Source: an uncultured Collinsella sp. (GTDB lineage Bacteria; Actinomycetota; Coriobacteriia; Coriobacteriales; Coriobacteriaceae). Taken from it: DNA of 64,000 nucleotides. A program made the position numbers and the translations under genes. The DNA lies in NCBI GenBank assembly GCA_958405565.1, contig CATYEN010000007.1:1609-65608 (forward strand), read 5' to 3'. Below, piece by piece: positions 45,852 to 55,629 of the stretch (its first letter is position 1; every line of letters begins with the position of its first letter). Below the pieces are notes generated by a model that worked only from the letters and a program-made list of their open reading frames with translations, was not told the origin of the DNA and did no database searches.

Positions 45852-47572
45852 TGCTGGGGCCGGACTATATAGAGCACTTCACCGACGCGGCGCAGGGGGC
45901 GATGGACGAGTACACCCTGCGCCTGGTGTGCATCTACGCCGCCCTCATAGGCTCCATCGACTTCGAGGGCGAGAGCGCCTACTCCCAGGCCGCCAGGAAG
46001 GCCGCGCTGGCCGCCAAGGACGTGCAGAAGGCCATGAGCGAGGAGGGCCGCAGAGCCGCGAGAGAGGCTGCCAAGGCGGCGGCCGAGGCTGTGGCCAAGA
46101 GCGCCGAGACCGACCTGTCCACGCTGGGCACGGCCATGGGCGCGCTGTCTAAGACGATGCAGTGGAGGCTCCACAACTCGGCGCGGGCCACGGCGGCGGG
46201 CGTTCAGGAAGTGGTGAGCCGAGACAACCTGAAGATGCCCGCCAACGTGCAGCGCGCGTACCTCGAAGTCGTGGCGCAGGCCGTGGCGCAGGTGAACTCG
46301 GGCATGGCGGGCTACGAGCAGGCCACCCGCGAGGCCGTGCTGAAGCTGGCGCGGCGGAGCGTGTCCGTCGTGGACTACAAGAGCGGGGCGTGGGCGCAGG
46401 CCGACGTGGCCATGCGCCGCCACGTGCGCACCCAGGTGGTACAGGCAGGCAGCCGCAACACGCTGGAGCTGCTTGAGGAGACGGGGCACGACCTCGTGCA
46501 GACCTCCTCGCACGGCGGCGCGCGCGAGAGCCACGCCAAGTGGCAGGGCCGCGTTTTCAGTCTGTCGGGCAAGTCCAAGAAATACCCGCCGTTCTACCGC
46601 GAGACGGGCTACGGCTCGGTCGATGGCTTGTGCGGCGCGAACTGCAAACACGACTTCGGCATCTACGTGGAGGGCCAGCCGCTGCGCTACGAGCGCGACC
46701 CCGACGGCGGCGACGAGAAGCGCGAGGAGCGATACCAGGCAGAGCAGAAGCAGCGCGAGCTTGAGCGCGGCATACGCGCCGCCAAGCGCGAGGCAACGGC
46801 CCTGGAGGCCGCCGGGCTCGATAACACCAAGGAGCGCCTGCGCCTGGGCAAGCTGCAGAAGCGCCAGCGCGAGCACATAGCCGCCCACCCCTACCTGTCC
46901 CGCGAGCGCACGCGCGAGGCCGCCATGGAATCGAAGGCGCGCATCTACCCGCTTGCCACGGACAAGACCTGGGTGCGCGAGAAGTTCATGCCGGGCAAGG
47001 GCGCGGGCACCGCCGCAGACGTGAGCCGCCGGGCCGTGAACGGCAGGGCCTACCACGACAAGGTGACCTCGCTGCCCATCCCAAAGCGCGCAAGCGAGGC
47101 CGTGTACGCCGAGAGCCGCCGCATCCTGCGCGACCGCGACGGCACGGGCTACGAACGCATGTCCGTGGTTTCATGGAAGAAGGGCGAGCGCGTCACCGAT
47201 ACCTTCGGGCACGGCCTGAAGAGCCAGGCGTGCGGCCTGACCGCAAAGCAGGTGGAGGCGTGCAGGCGCACCGAGGGCGGCGTGGTGCTGATACACAACC
47301 ACCCCATGAGCTCGCCGCCGTCGTGGACCGACATACGCACGGTGGCGGAAAACGACTGGGTGCGCAGCTCGGTGGTGGCGTGCCACGATGGTACAATCTA
47401 CGAAATCAAGGTGAACGACCCCGGCGTGGTGAAGGCGTACGAGAGAATACGCCAGCAGATGAAGGCGCTTTACCCGAACGCGGGCGGCGCTGCCATCGAC
47501 CACTACACGACGGAAATACTCTACAAGCAGAACGAGGAGGCGAAATGGTTCAGGCTGACAAAAAAGAAGTGA
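45851..47572 (+). CDS. Head morphogenesis / minor capsid protein (SPP1 gp7-like) fused to a C-terminal JAB/RadC-like domain
   Basis: ATG at 45851 overlaps the portal stop. The central block HGGARESHAKWQGRVFS...CGANCKHDF is the minor-capsid type. The C-terminal approximately 170 aa contain GGVVLIHNHPMSSPPSWTDI, resembling the JAMM motif HxH..S..D. Confidence 0.65.
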   Translation: MLGPDYIEHFTDAAQGAMDEYTLRLVCIYAALIGSIDFEGESAYSQAARKAALAAKDVQKAMSEEGRRAAREAAKAAAEAVAKSAETDLSTLGTAMGALSKTMQWRLHNSARATAAGVQEVVSRDNLKMPANVQRAYLEVVAQAVAQVNSGMAGYEQATREAVLKLARRSVSVVDYKSGAWAQADVAMRRHVRTQVVQAGSRNTLELLEETGHDLVQTSSHGGARESHAKWQGRVFSLSGKSKKYPPFYRETGYGSVDGLCGANCKHDFGIYVEGQPLRYERDPDGGDEKREERYQAEQKQRELERGIRAAKREATALEAAGLDNTKERLRLGKLQKRQREHIAAHPYLSRERTREAAMESKARIYPLATDKTWVREKFMPGKGAGTAADVSRRAVNGRAYHDKVTSLPIPKRASEAVYAESRRILRDRDGTGYERMSVVSWKKGERVTDTFGHGLKSQACGLTAKQVEACRRTEGGVVLIHNHPMSSPPSWTDIRTVAENDWVRSSVVACHDGTIYEIKVNDPGVVKAYERIRQQMKALYPNAGGAAIDHYTTEILYKQNEEAKWFRLTKKK

Positions 47573-47709
47573 CCCCCGATGACTGGGTTCTAGTCATCGA
47601 CGACCACGTGCCCGAGTTGAGCGAGGACGAGAAGCTGAGCGAAAAAGAACGCGAGGAACTTTTCGCCAAGTGCCGCAAGGTTCTGCGCGACGAGGGCCTG
47701 ATGCACTAG
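47545..47709 (+). CDS. Small hypothetical protein
   Basis: ATG after GAGGAGG. 54 aa. It overlaps the preceding gene by 28 nt. Confidence 0.4.
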   Translation: MVQADKKEVTPDDWVLVIDDHVPELSEDEKLSEKEREELFAKCRKVLRDEGLMH

Positions 47710-47742
47710 GCATCACCGACAACCGAACAGCGACACGGCATC

Positions 47743-47768
47743 AAGGCCGCCCACGAACGGGCGGCCTT
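47743..47768 (+). terminator. Hairpin followed by conserved box B (47766-47787)
   Basis: aaggccgccc-acgaac-gggcggcctt, then cttttcttttgcctggcgacac. Confidence 0.65.
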
Positions 47769-47910
47769 TTCTTTTGCCTGGCGACACCTCGGGGAAGATG
47801 CGGTCACGCGATGGGGCGGCGACAACGGCCCCGCACGCGACCACGGCGACAACGGTGGGCCATCCAAGCGCGCAGGGAAGCGCGACAACCAAACACGGAA
47901 GGAGCAAGCG

Positions 47911-48468
47911 ATGGCTGAAGACAACAAGCCCAAGGGAAACGAGGGCGGCGAAGGCCAGGGCACCGAGCCCCAGAAGGAGGTCGTGTCCTACGCGAAGTAC
48001 AAGCGCGAGACCGACGAGTACCAGGAGCAGGTGAAGGCCCTCAAGGCCGAACTGGAGCAGCGCGACAAGCAGATCGAGGAGTTCACCTCCAAGGCGGGCA
48101 ACGCCGAGGAGCTGCAGGCCGCGCTCGACAAGGCCAAGGCCGACAACGAGGCGTACAAGGCCGACGCCGAGAAGCGCGAGGCCGACATGCGCCGCGACTT
48201 CGCCATCGACACCAAGCTGGCGCAGATGGGGGTGCGCAACGCCAAGGCGGCGCGCGCGATCATCCCGAACATCGCCGACGCGAAGCTGGACGAGCAGGGC
48301 AACCTCACGGGCATCGACTTCGAGGCCCTGAAGAAGGACAACGCCTACATGTTCACCGACCAGCCCCGCGAGAGCGCGGGCGGCGACCCCAAGGGCGGCG
48401 CAGGCTCCGACGGCCTGGCCGACTTCCGCGCAGCTTTCGGACTCACCGACGAATCTACGAAGGAGTAA
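47911..48468 (+). CDS. Scaffolding protein
   Basis: 185 aa, charged and coiled-coil-like, immediately upstream of the major capsid gene. Confidence 0.65.
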   Translation: MAEDNKPKGNEGGEGQGTEPQKEVVSYAKYKRETDEYQEQVKALKAELEQRDKQIEEFTSKAGNAEELQAALDKAKADNEAYKADAEKREADMRRDFAIDTKLAQMGVRNAKAARAIIPNIADAKLDEQGNLTGIDFEALKKDNAYMFTDQPRESAGGDPKGGAGSDGLADFRAAFGLTDESTKE

Positions 48469-48471
48469 ATC

Positions 48472-49356
48472 ATGCCAAACAGCATCGAACTGCCCAAGGG
48501 CTACGAGAACGTGCTCATGGAGGCGTACCGCAAGGAATCCCTGACCGCCGTGCTGGAGAGCGCCGCGCCGCAGGGCAACATCGCGCAGATGGAGCAGCTG
48601 GGCGAGTTCTACTACCCCGTCTACTCCATGGGCGGCCTGGGCGACGTGCAGGCAAACGGGCGACTGCCCCAGAACAGCGGCGCGTCCCTGACCTGGAAGC
48701 CCATCAGCGCCAACTACGACCGTGGCACCATCCTGGAAATCGACCAGAAGGTGGACGCCCAGTCCTTCAACCTGGCGTTCGGCAACGCCGCCGCGCACTT
48801 CAACCGCACCAAGGTGGTGCCCGAGGGAGACGCGTTCGTGTTTTCCACGCTGTGCGCGGGCACCGGCATCACCAAGGAGCAGAAGACCTACGCCGACGGC
48901 GCGGACATGCTCAAGGGCCTGAACGCCGCCATGTGCGACATGGACGAGAAGGAGGTGCCGGAGGAGGGTCGCGTGCTGTTCATCACCCCCACCCTGCTGG
49001 GTATGGTGAAGGACCTGGACACCACCAAGTCCCGCGAGGCGCTGGACGGCTTCTCCTCCATCGTGAAGGTGCCGCAGTCCCGCTTCTACAGCGCCATCGA
49101 CCTTTTGGACGGCACCACCAAGGACGAGGAGATCGGCCACTACAAGAAGGGCACCGGCGCGGTGGACATGAACTTCCTTATCGTCCACAAGGACGCCGTG
49201 GTGCTGCGCTGGAACTTCGCGCACGGCAAGGTCATCGACGCAGAGGACAACCAGCAGGGCTTCGGCCACCTGTTCAAGTACCGCAAGTACGGCGTGTGCG
49301 GCGTCCGCGAGAACCTGGCGCACTACATCACCGCAGGCATGAAGGCGGCGGCCTAG
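48472..49356 (+). CDS. Major capsid protein
   Basis: 294 aa. The call rests on its position after the scaffold gene and its size and composition. The family was not verified. Confidence 0.65.
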   Translation: MPNSIELPKGYENVLMEAYRKESLTAVLESAAPQGNIAQMEQLGEFYYPVYSMGGLGDVQANGRLPQNSGASLTWKPISANYDRGTILEIDQKVDAQSFNLAFGNAAAHFNRTKVVPEGDAFVFSTLCAGTGITKEQKTYADGADMLKGLNAAMCDMDEKEVPEEGRVLFITPTLLGMVKDLDTTKSREALDGFSSIVKVPQSRFYSAIDLLDGTTKDEEIGHYKKGTGAVDMNFLIVHKDAVVLRWNFAHGKVIDAEDNQQGFGHLFKYRKYGVCGVRENLAHYITAGMKAAA

Positions 49357-49370
49357 GAAGGAGGCGCGAC

Positions 49371-49523
49371 ATGCGCACAGTTGGACTGACCTTCAAGAAG
49401 GAGGCCCCGAAGAAAGCCAGGCCCGCCAAGGGCAAGGCGGAAAAGCCCGAGGCGAAGGCCGCAGACGGGCAGCCCGCCGAGAAGGCAGAAAAGCCCGAGG
49501 CGGCCGAGGACGATGGAAACTAA
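49371..49523 (+). CDS. Small Lys/Ala/Glu-rich protein
   Basis: ATG after GGAAGGAGG. 50 aa. Confidence 0.4.
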   Translation: MRTVGLTFKKEAPKKARPAKGKAEKPEAKAADGQPAEKAEKPEAAEDDGN

Positions 49524-49872
49524 AGCCCCGACCCACGAGGACTACCTGGCAGCCGGGCGCGGGGAGCTGTCCGCCGAGGAGTTCGAGGCGGCGCTCCCCC
49601 ACGCGCTGGCCTGGGTGCGCGACCTGATCTTCCCCAACGAGCCGGACGGCTCAAAGGAGTGGGCGCAGGCGGTCATGGCGGCCTGCGAGGTCGACGCCGC
49701 GTACGGATGCTCGGGCGGGGCCATGGAGGGCGGCGGGTTCACCGTCGGCTCATTCACGTGGTCGCCCGGCACCGAGCAGGCCAGCACCTACCGCAGCGAC
49801 ATGGAGGCCGCCGTCCGCCGCGAGCTGCTGGGCACGCCGCTGCTCTATACGGGCATCGGGGGCGCGAGATGA
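49513..49872 (+). CDS. Head-tail connector protein (putative)
   Basis: 119 aa. The call is positional only. Confidence 0.5.
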   Translation: METKAPTHEDYLAAGRGELSAEEFEAALPHALAWVRDLIFPNEPDGSKEWAQAVMAACEVDAAYGCSGGAMEGGGFTVGSFTWSPGTEQASTYRSDMEAAVRRELLGTPLLYTGIGGAR

Positions 49873-50198
49873 TGCGGGTGCCGCGCTCGGCGCGGCCCTC
49901 CACCATGTCCGTCAAGGTGCCCAGGGAGGGCGGCTACGGCGGCGAGTTCGAGCAGCCCGTCGAGGTGCGCCGCGTGCGCTTCGAGCCGGTGAGCGCGTGG
50001 CTCGTGCGCGAGTACGCCCTGGGCGACGGAGCGCAGGGCCTCGTGATAGCCGACGGCGCGGACAGCCCGGGCATGTTCGACGTGCCCGTGGGCAGTCGCG
50101 TGAGCATCGACGGGGGCGAGTGGATGAACGTGGCGAGGTGCACGCCCCGCCGCGCGTTCGGCACCCGCCCCCACCACTGGGAACTGGAGGTGAGATAG
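49869..50198 (+). CDS. Head-closure / head-tail joining protein (putative)
   Basis: ATGA overlap with the preceding gene. 109 aa. The call is positional only. Confidence 0.45.
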   Translation: MMRVPRSARPSTMSVKVPREGGYGGEFEQPVEVRRVRFEPVSAWLVREYALGDGAQGLVIADGADSPGMFDVPVGSRVSIDGGEWMNVARCTPRRAFGTRPHHWELEVR

Positions 50199-50549
50199 AT
50201 GCCCGCAGCAGTGACGGTCGACCTGACCAAGCTCATGAAGCGTTTCAGCGCGAAGGAGCTGGAGGCCAAGCAGGTGAAGTTCGCCATGAGCGTGGCCGAG
50301 GACATGAACGCGTTCACGCCCGAGGACACCAAGCGCATGCACAACTCCATGCAGGCCGCCTCCGACTTCAGGCAGGGCCTCGTGATATGGGACGCCGACT
50401 ACGCCGCCTACGTGCGCGACCTGCCCGACAGCTCCATCAAGCACGGCAAGAACCCGAGGGCCAAGGCCGACTGGCCGAAGGCCGCGAAGGAAGCGCACGG
50501 CGAGGACTGGGAGCGCCTGGCCGTCGACCTCCTGACCGAGGGGGCGTGA
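50199..50549 (+). CDS. Head-tail joining / minor capsid protein (putative)
   Basis: 116 aa. The call is positional only. Confidence 0.45.
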   Translation: MPAAVTVDLTKLMKRFSAKELEAKQVKFAMSVAEDMNAFTPEDTKRMHNSMQAASDFRQGLVIWDADYAAYVRDLPDSSIKHGKNPRAKADWPKAAKEAHGEDWERLAVDLLTEGA

Positions 50550-50550
50550 C

Positions 50551-50949
50551 ATGGCCCCGGACGTGATGGAGGCGGCGAAGGCCGCCATAGAGGCGCTGGG
50601 CTACGGCCCGGTGCTCCTCACCCGCCTGGCCGCCTCGCGCGGCCACGATGACGCGGTGGTGCTGCGGCCCATGCCCACCACCGACGTGGTGCGCCACATG
50701 GACGGCACCCGCCGCGTGGGCTACGTGCTGCAGGTCATCGTGAAGGACACCTCCGAGGCCAAGGCCATGGGCGACGCCTACGACCTGGCCGATGCGCTGG
50801 ACGGGGCCGACTTGTCCTCGCCCACCGGCTCCTACGGCTTCACCAGCGCGGCGCTTTACACAGAGCCGCAGGAGATAACGCCGCCCGAGGGCGGGCCGTA
50901 CCTGTGGGAGTTCCGAATCAAAGCGACCATAACCATAGAGAAGGGATAA
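50551..50949 (+). CDS. Tail completion protein (putative)
   Basis: 132 aa. The call is positional only. Confidence 0.45.
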   Translation: MAPDVMEAAKAAIEALGYGPVLLTRLAASRGHDDAVVLRPMPTTDVVRHMDGTRRVGYVLQVIVKDTSEAKAMGDAYDLADALDGADLSSPTGSYGFTSAALYTEPQEITPPEGGPYLWEFRIKATITIEKG

Positions 50950-50951
50950 CG

Positions 50952-51668
50952 ATGGCAAAGAACCAAGACCTGGGCTTCGCGCCCAACTACATGAGCGCGT
51001 TGGAGATCGACACCACGCCCGACGCGGCGAGCCCCACGTGGGCAATCTTCTCGCGCGGCATCACCGAGGTGAAGCCGACCACCAACGAGACCACCGAGAC
51101 CAAGGACTACTACGACGGCTACGGCACGCCCACCGACAAGGTGAAGAGCGTGCAGCCGCAGTACGAGGTCACGGGCGACCGCTGCTACGGCGACCCCGCG
51201 CAGGACTACGTTGCCAGCCTGGCGCTTGAGACCGGCGAGGGCCGCACGGGCCACTTCCGCCACACCGACCCCAACGGCGACGTGGTGGAAGGCGACTGCA
51301 CCTACCTGAGCCTGACCGTGGGCTCGCAGCAGGGCGCGGCGTCCGACCCCGGCGCGTTCTCCTGCACCATCTCGGGCGCGGGGGCCATGAAGTTCATCCC
51401 CGCCAACAAGCTAAAGCAGCCCGCGGCAATCACGTGCACCGCGCCGGCCGGCCCCGCCGTCGGCAAGTCCGTGAAGCTGGCCCCGAGCGTCACGCCCACC
51501 GAGGCGAACCCAAAGTGCTTCTTCGCGTCGGGCAACACAGACGTGGCAACCGTCGACAGCGACGGCAACGTGACGGGCGTGGCCGTGGGCGAGGTGGTCA
51601 TCACCGTGCGCTGCGCCTCCAAGCCGAGCATCTGCACGCAGGTGAAGGTGACCGTGGCGGCGAAGTAG
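50952..51668 (+). CDS. Major tail protein with a C-terminal Ig-like (Big_2-type) domain
   Basis: ATG at 50952. The C-terminal block VKLAPSVTPTEANPKCFFASGNTDVATVDSDGNVTGVAVGEVVITV is a typical Big_2 pattern. Confidence 0.65.
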   Translation: MAKNQDLGFAPNYMSALEIDTTPDAASPTWAIFSRGITEVKPTTNETTETKDYYDGYGTPTDKVKSVQPQYEVTGDRCYGDPAQDYVASLALETGEGRTGHFRHTDPNGDVVEGDCTYLSLTVGSQQGAASDPGAFSCTISGAGAMKFIPANKLKQPAAITCTAPAGPAVGKSVKLAPSVTPTEANPKCFFASGNTDVATVDSDGNVTGVAVGEVVITVRCASKPSICTQVKVTVAAK

Positions 51669-51703
51669 CCGCAGGCGACACCAGACATAACCTCCTGGAC
51701 ATG

Positions 51704-51734
51704 GGGGCGCGGGCTAGTGAGCGGCCCGCGCCCC
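51704..51734 (+). terminator. Hairpin followed by conserved box C (51734-51755)
   Basis: ggggcgcgggc-tagtgagc-ggcccgcgcccc, then cttttctatgcccgacgctcac. Confidence 0.6.
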
Positions 51735-51776
51735 TTTTCTATGCCCGACGCTCACCGCTCACGAAAGGGGCAGCAA

Positions 51777-52280
51777 ATGGAACTTCTGAAAAACATCCGC
51801 GCGTACGAGGACGTGTACTTCGAGGACCCCGAAGAGAACCCCGACACGCCGCGCTTCCGCGTGTGGTTCGACGACAAGCACATCGAGGAGTACCTGGCCA
51901 AGGTCGGCAACGCCATCGACCGCGCGCAGGCCAACGAGCAGATGGCCCGCGAGGCCGACACCCCCGAGAAGGCGGCCGAGGCCAACGCCGCGCAGGCCCG
52001 CCTCATGAAGCGCACCATCTCGACGTTCATCGGCACCGAGGGCTGGGAGCAGCTGCTCGCGTGGATGGGCGGCGACGAGGGCCCCATCGCGCCCGAGGAG
52101 AACATCCGCATCCTGGGCGAGGTCTTCGCCACGTTCCTCAACATGTTGGCGCGCCACGCGACCAGTGAGCAGCTGATGGCGTGCGGCCTTGCATACAGCG
52201 AGCGCGCCGATCAGGTCCAGGCGCTCAACCGCGCCCAGCGCCGCGCCAAGGCCAAGCGCAAGAAGAAGGGCGGCAAGTAA
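51777..52280 (+). CDS. Tail assembly chaperone (putative)
   Basis: 167 aa. It lies upstream of the tape measure gene and has a basic C-terminus. Confidence 0.5.
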   Translation: MELLKNIRAYEDVYFEDPEENPDTPRFRVWFDDKHIEEYLAKVGNAIDRAQANEQMAREADTPEKAAEANAAQARLMKRTISTFIGTEGWEQLLAWMGGDEGPIAPEENIRILGEVFATFLNMLARHATSEQLMACGLAYSERADQVQALNRAQRRAKAKRKKKGGK

Positions 52281-52936
52281 TGCTGCCAGCCGCGCTCACG
52301 GCCGAGCGGGTGCGGCTGCCCGACGGCACGAGCGCCACGCGCTACCCGTGGAACGGCGAGGAGGTGCTGGTGCGCGACGACGCGCTCACGATCATCCGCG
52401 TCATCGAGGTGCTGACCGACGAGGGCAAGTCCGACGACCAGCGCCGAGACGAGTTCCTGGCGCTGTTCTTCGTGGACTGGGCGGACGCGTGGTGCGCATG
52501 CGACTACGACGCCGCCGAGTTCGTGCGGATGCGCGACGCGGCGGTATGGGACATGTGCGGGCTGGACCTGACCGGCAACCGCCCGCACGAAACGCCTCTA
52601 TGGGACCTTGAAGAAGACGCCGCGCGCATCCGCATCAGCTTCCGCCAGGCCTACGGCATCGAGTGGGACGAGGTGCGAGGGCGAATCAGCTTCGCCGAGT
52701 TCGTGGCGCTCGTCGGCGGATGCCCGCAGGACACGCCGCTCGGCGCCGCCATCCACTACCGCAACCCGGCGACCAAGCCGAAGCCAACCAAATACAACAG
52801 GCAGGAGGTCGAGGCCTGGAACGCCGCCCACAAGGCGTTCGAACTCGGCAAAGGCCGCAGCTCACACGGCTCTGAGGAAGGAAGCGACGCGGCGATGCGC
52901 GATGTTTTCGCCGCGCTCAAGAGAGCGACGAGGTGA
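52280..52936 (+). CDS. Gp15-like protein of the tail chaperone region
   Basis: TAATG overlap with the preceding gene. 218 aa, directly upstream of the tape measure gene. Confidence 0.45.
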   Translation: MLPAALTAERVRLPDGTSATRYPWNGEEVLVRDDALTIIRVIEVLTDEGKSDDQRRDEFLALFFVDWADAWCACDYDAAEFVRMRDAAVWDMCGLDLTGNRPHETPLWDLEEDAARIRISFRQAYGIEWDEVRGRISFAEFVALVGGCPQDTPLGAAIHYRNPATKPKPTKYNRQEVEAWNAAHKAFELGKGRSSHGSEEGSDAAMRDVFAALKRATR

Positions 52937-55629
52937 GCATGGACGGCAACGTCATCATCAAGGCGGTGCTCGACACCGTTGACGTATCCAAGAACATCAA
53001 GGCCCTGGAGCGAGACCTCCAGAGCATCTCCTGGAAGAACATAACCGAGGGCGACGAGAAGGCGGCGAAGCTTTCCTCCTCGTTCAAGAAGGCCGGCACT
53101 GCCGCCACGCTGACGCTCACCGCGCCCGTGGTGGCCGCCGGCAAGGCCGTGTTCGGCGTGGCCAGCGACTACGAGCAGGCCAACGCCCGCATAGCCGCCG
53201 CGTTCGGCGTCTCCGGCGAGGAGGCGGAACGCTTCAGCGGCATAGGCAAGCGCATCTACGAGGGCGGCTGGGGCGAGTCCCTGGACGAGGTGAACGACGC
53301 CCTGATCCAGTGCAAGTCCACACTGCGCGACGTTTCCGACGAGGACCTGCAGACGGTCACCACCAACGCGCTCATGCTGTCGGACACCTTCGGCGCGGAC
53401 GTGAACGAGTCCATACGCGGCACCAACGCCCTCATGGAGGGCTTCGGGCTGTCCGCCACCGAGGCCAGCGACCTGCTGACGGCGGGCATGCAGCGCGGCC
53501 TGAACTACACCGACGAGCTGGGCGACAACCTGAGCGAATACTCCGTGCGATGGGGCGAGGCAGGAATGAGCGCCAGCGAGTACTTCTCGCTGCTCGAAGC
53601 GGGCACGTCCAACGGCGCGTACAACCTGGACAAGGTGGGCGACTACCTCAACGAGTTCCTGACGGCGCTGTCCGACGGCCGCATGGAGGAGTCCATCGGC
53701 CAGTTCTCGGAAGGCACGCAGGAGGTCTTCGAGAACTTCAAGAACGGCAGCGCCACCGCCGAGGACATGCTGCAGGCGGTGCTGGGCGACCTGACGCAGA
53801 TGCCAAACGAGTATGACAAGGCCGCGCTGGCCTCCACCCTGTGGTCCTCGCTGGGCGAGGACAACGCCATGGGCATGATCGAGTCCCTGGCGGGAGTGCA
53901 GGACAGCTTCGGCGACGTCGCCGGCGCTGCGCAGCAGGCCCAGGAGGCGGCATCGGACAGCTTCGCCGTGAAGTCGCAGGAGGCAATGCGCGAGCTGCAG
54001 GGCTCCATCGAGCCGCTGGGCGAGCCGCTGCTCAACATCGCCACCAACGTGGCGGGCGTCGTCAAGTCGTTCTCCGAATGGTTCGCCGGCATCGGCGAGG
54101 GCGGTCAGACCGCCGTGCTCGTGATAGCGGGCATCGTCGCGGCGCTCGGCCCCGTGCTGTCCACCGTCGGCACCGTCATCGACACCGTGCCCAAGATAGG
54201 CGCGGCGTTCCAGACCGTCGGCAAGCTGGGCACCGGCGCGCTGGGGCTCATAGCCGCGCACCCCGTGATAGCGGCCATAGCGGCCATCATCGCCGCCGTG
54301 GTGCTGCTGTGGAACAACTGCGAGGAGTTCCGCGACGCGGTAACGGCAATCTGGGACGCGGTATGCCAGGCGTTCCAGGTCGCCGTGCAAGTCGCGGGCG
54401 AGGTGGCGCAGTCCGTCGGCGGGTTCTTCTCGCAGCTCGGCGAGACGCTTGGCGGAATCTGGGACGGGATATGCGCCACAGTTCAGGGGGCCATAGAGGC
54501 CATAGCCGGGTTCTTCCAGGGGATGGCCGACACCGCCGCGAGCGTCTGGGACGGCATCTGCAACGTGGTGCAGGTGGCGGTCATGCTGCTAGGCGAGATA
54601 TTGAACCTCGCTATAGAGGTGCTGCTCGCTCCCTGGACCTTCATCTGGGAGAACTTCGGCAGCCAGCTGAGCGCGGCGTGGGACGCCATATGCGCGGCGG
54701 TGGGCGCATACCTGGAGGCCGTGAGCCAGAACATCACCGCCGTGCTGACCGTCCTCTCCGAGTGGTGGTCCGCCGCCTGGGGCGCGATCAGCGCCGTGGC
54801 GAGCGCGGTGTGGGAGGCCATCAGCTGGGCGGTGTCGACCTACATCGCCGCCGTGCAGACGAACATACAGACGGTCCTCGGCATCATCCAGGTGGTGTGG
54901 AGCACGGTCTGGGGCGCGGTCAGCTCCACGGCATCCACCATATGGGGCGGCATCAGCTGGGCGATAGGCGCGGCCATAGACGCCATCAGCTCCACCATAT
55001 CGGCGGTGCTGTCGGCAATTCAGGCGGTGTGGGACTCCATATGGGGTGCCGTGAGCAGCACGGCGTCGAGCGTGTGGAGCGGCATCAGCTCGACAATATC
55101 CGGCATCGTGAACGGCATCCGCGACACGATCTCCAGCGTGTTCAACGCCGCCAAGGACACCGTGAGCAGCGTGTGGAACTCCATCAAGAGCGCCATCGAG
55201 ACGCCGATACAGAACGCCCGCGACACCGTGCGCAACGTCATCGACTCCATCAAGGGGTTCTTCAACTTCTCGTGGTCGCTGCCCCACCTGAAGCTGCCGC
55301 ACCTGTCCATCTCCGGCAGCTTCAGCATCGCCCCGCCGAGTGTGCCGCACTTCGGCATCGACTGGTACGCCAAGGGCGGCGTGTTCAACGGCCCCAGCGT
55401 CATCGGCGTCGGCGAGGCGGGCCCCGAGGGCGTGGTGCCGTTCAACGAGCGCGGCGCGCGCCCGCTGGCCGAGGGCATCGCCAAGCTGCTCGACGGCAAG
55501 GGCGGCGCGGACCATGGCGACACAAACGTGACAATCAACCTGTACGCGACCGTGCGGGAGGAGGCCGACATCGAGAAAATCTCCCGCCAGATAGCCAAGG
55601 AAATCAAACGGCAGGAGTGCTTCGCATGA
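52933..55629 (+). CDS. Tail tape measure protein
   Basis: 898 aa. It has long helical and hydrophobic Ala/Gly/Val/Ile/Trp-rich repeats (...WDAICAAVGAY..., ...WGAVSSTAS... repeated). Confidence 0.85.
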   Translation: MSMDGNVIIKAVLDTVDVSKNIKALERDLQSISWKNITEGDEKAAKLSSSFKKAGTAATLTLTAPVVAAGKAVFGVASDYEQANARIAAAFGVSGEEAERFSGIGKRIYEGGWGESLDEVNDALIQCKSTLRDVSDEDLQTVTTNALMLSDTFGADVNESIRGTNALMEGFGLSATEASDLLTAGMQRGLNYTDELGDNLSEYSVRWGEAGMSASEYFSLLEAGTSNGAYNLDKVGDYLNEFLTALSDGRMEESIGQFSEGTQEVFENFKNGSATAEDMLQAVLGDLTQMPNEYDKAALASTLWSSLGEDNAMGMIESLAGVQDSFGDVAGAAQQAQEAASDSFAVKSQEAMRELQGSIEPLGEPLLNIATNVAGVVKSFSEWFAGIGEGGQTAVLVIAGIVAALGPVLSTVGTVIDTVPKIGAAFQTVGKLGTGALGLIAAHPVIAAIAAIIAAVVLLWNNCEEFRDAVTAIWDAVCQAFQVAVQVAGEVAQSVGGFFSQLGETLGGIWDGICATVQGAIEAIAGFFQGMADTAASVWDGICNVVQVAVMLLGEILNLAIEVLLAPWTFIWENFGSQLSAAWDAICAAVGAYLEAVSQNITAVLTVLSEWWSAAWGAISAVASAVWEAISWAVSTYIAAVQTNIQTVLGIIQVVWSTVWGAVSSTASTIWGGISWAIGAAIDAISSTISAVLSAIQAVWDSIWGAVSSTASSVWSGISSTISGIVNGIRDTISSVFNAAKDTVSSVWNSIKSAIETPIQNARDTVRNVIDSIKGFFNFSWSLPHLKLPHLSISGSFSIAPPSVPHFGIDWYAKGGVFNGPSVIGVGEAGPEGVVPFNERGARPLAEGIAKLLDGKGGADHGDTNVTINLYATVREEADIEKISRQIAKEIKRQECFA

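Noticed and set aside
52240-52290. Programmed -1 frameshift site between the two tail-chaperone-region ORFs
   Set aside because: I found no canonical XXXYYYZ slippery heptamer near the end of 51777..52280. The downstream ORF also has its own ATG overlapping the stop (TAATG), so simple coupling explains the arrangement.
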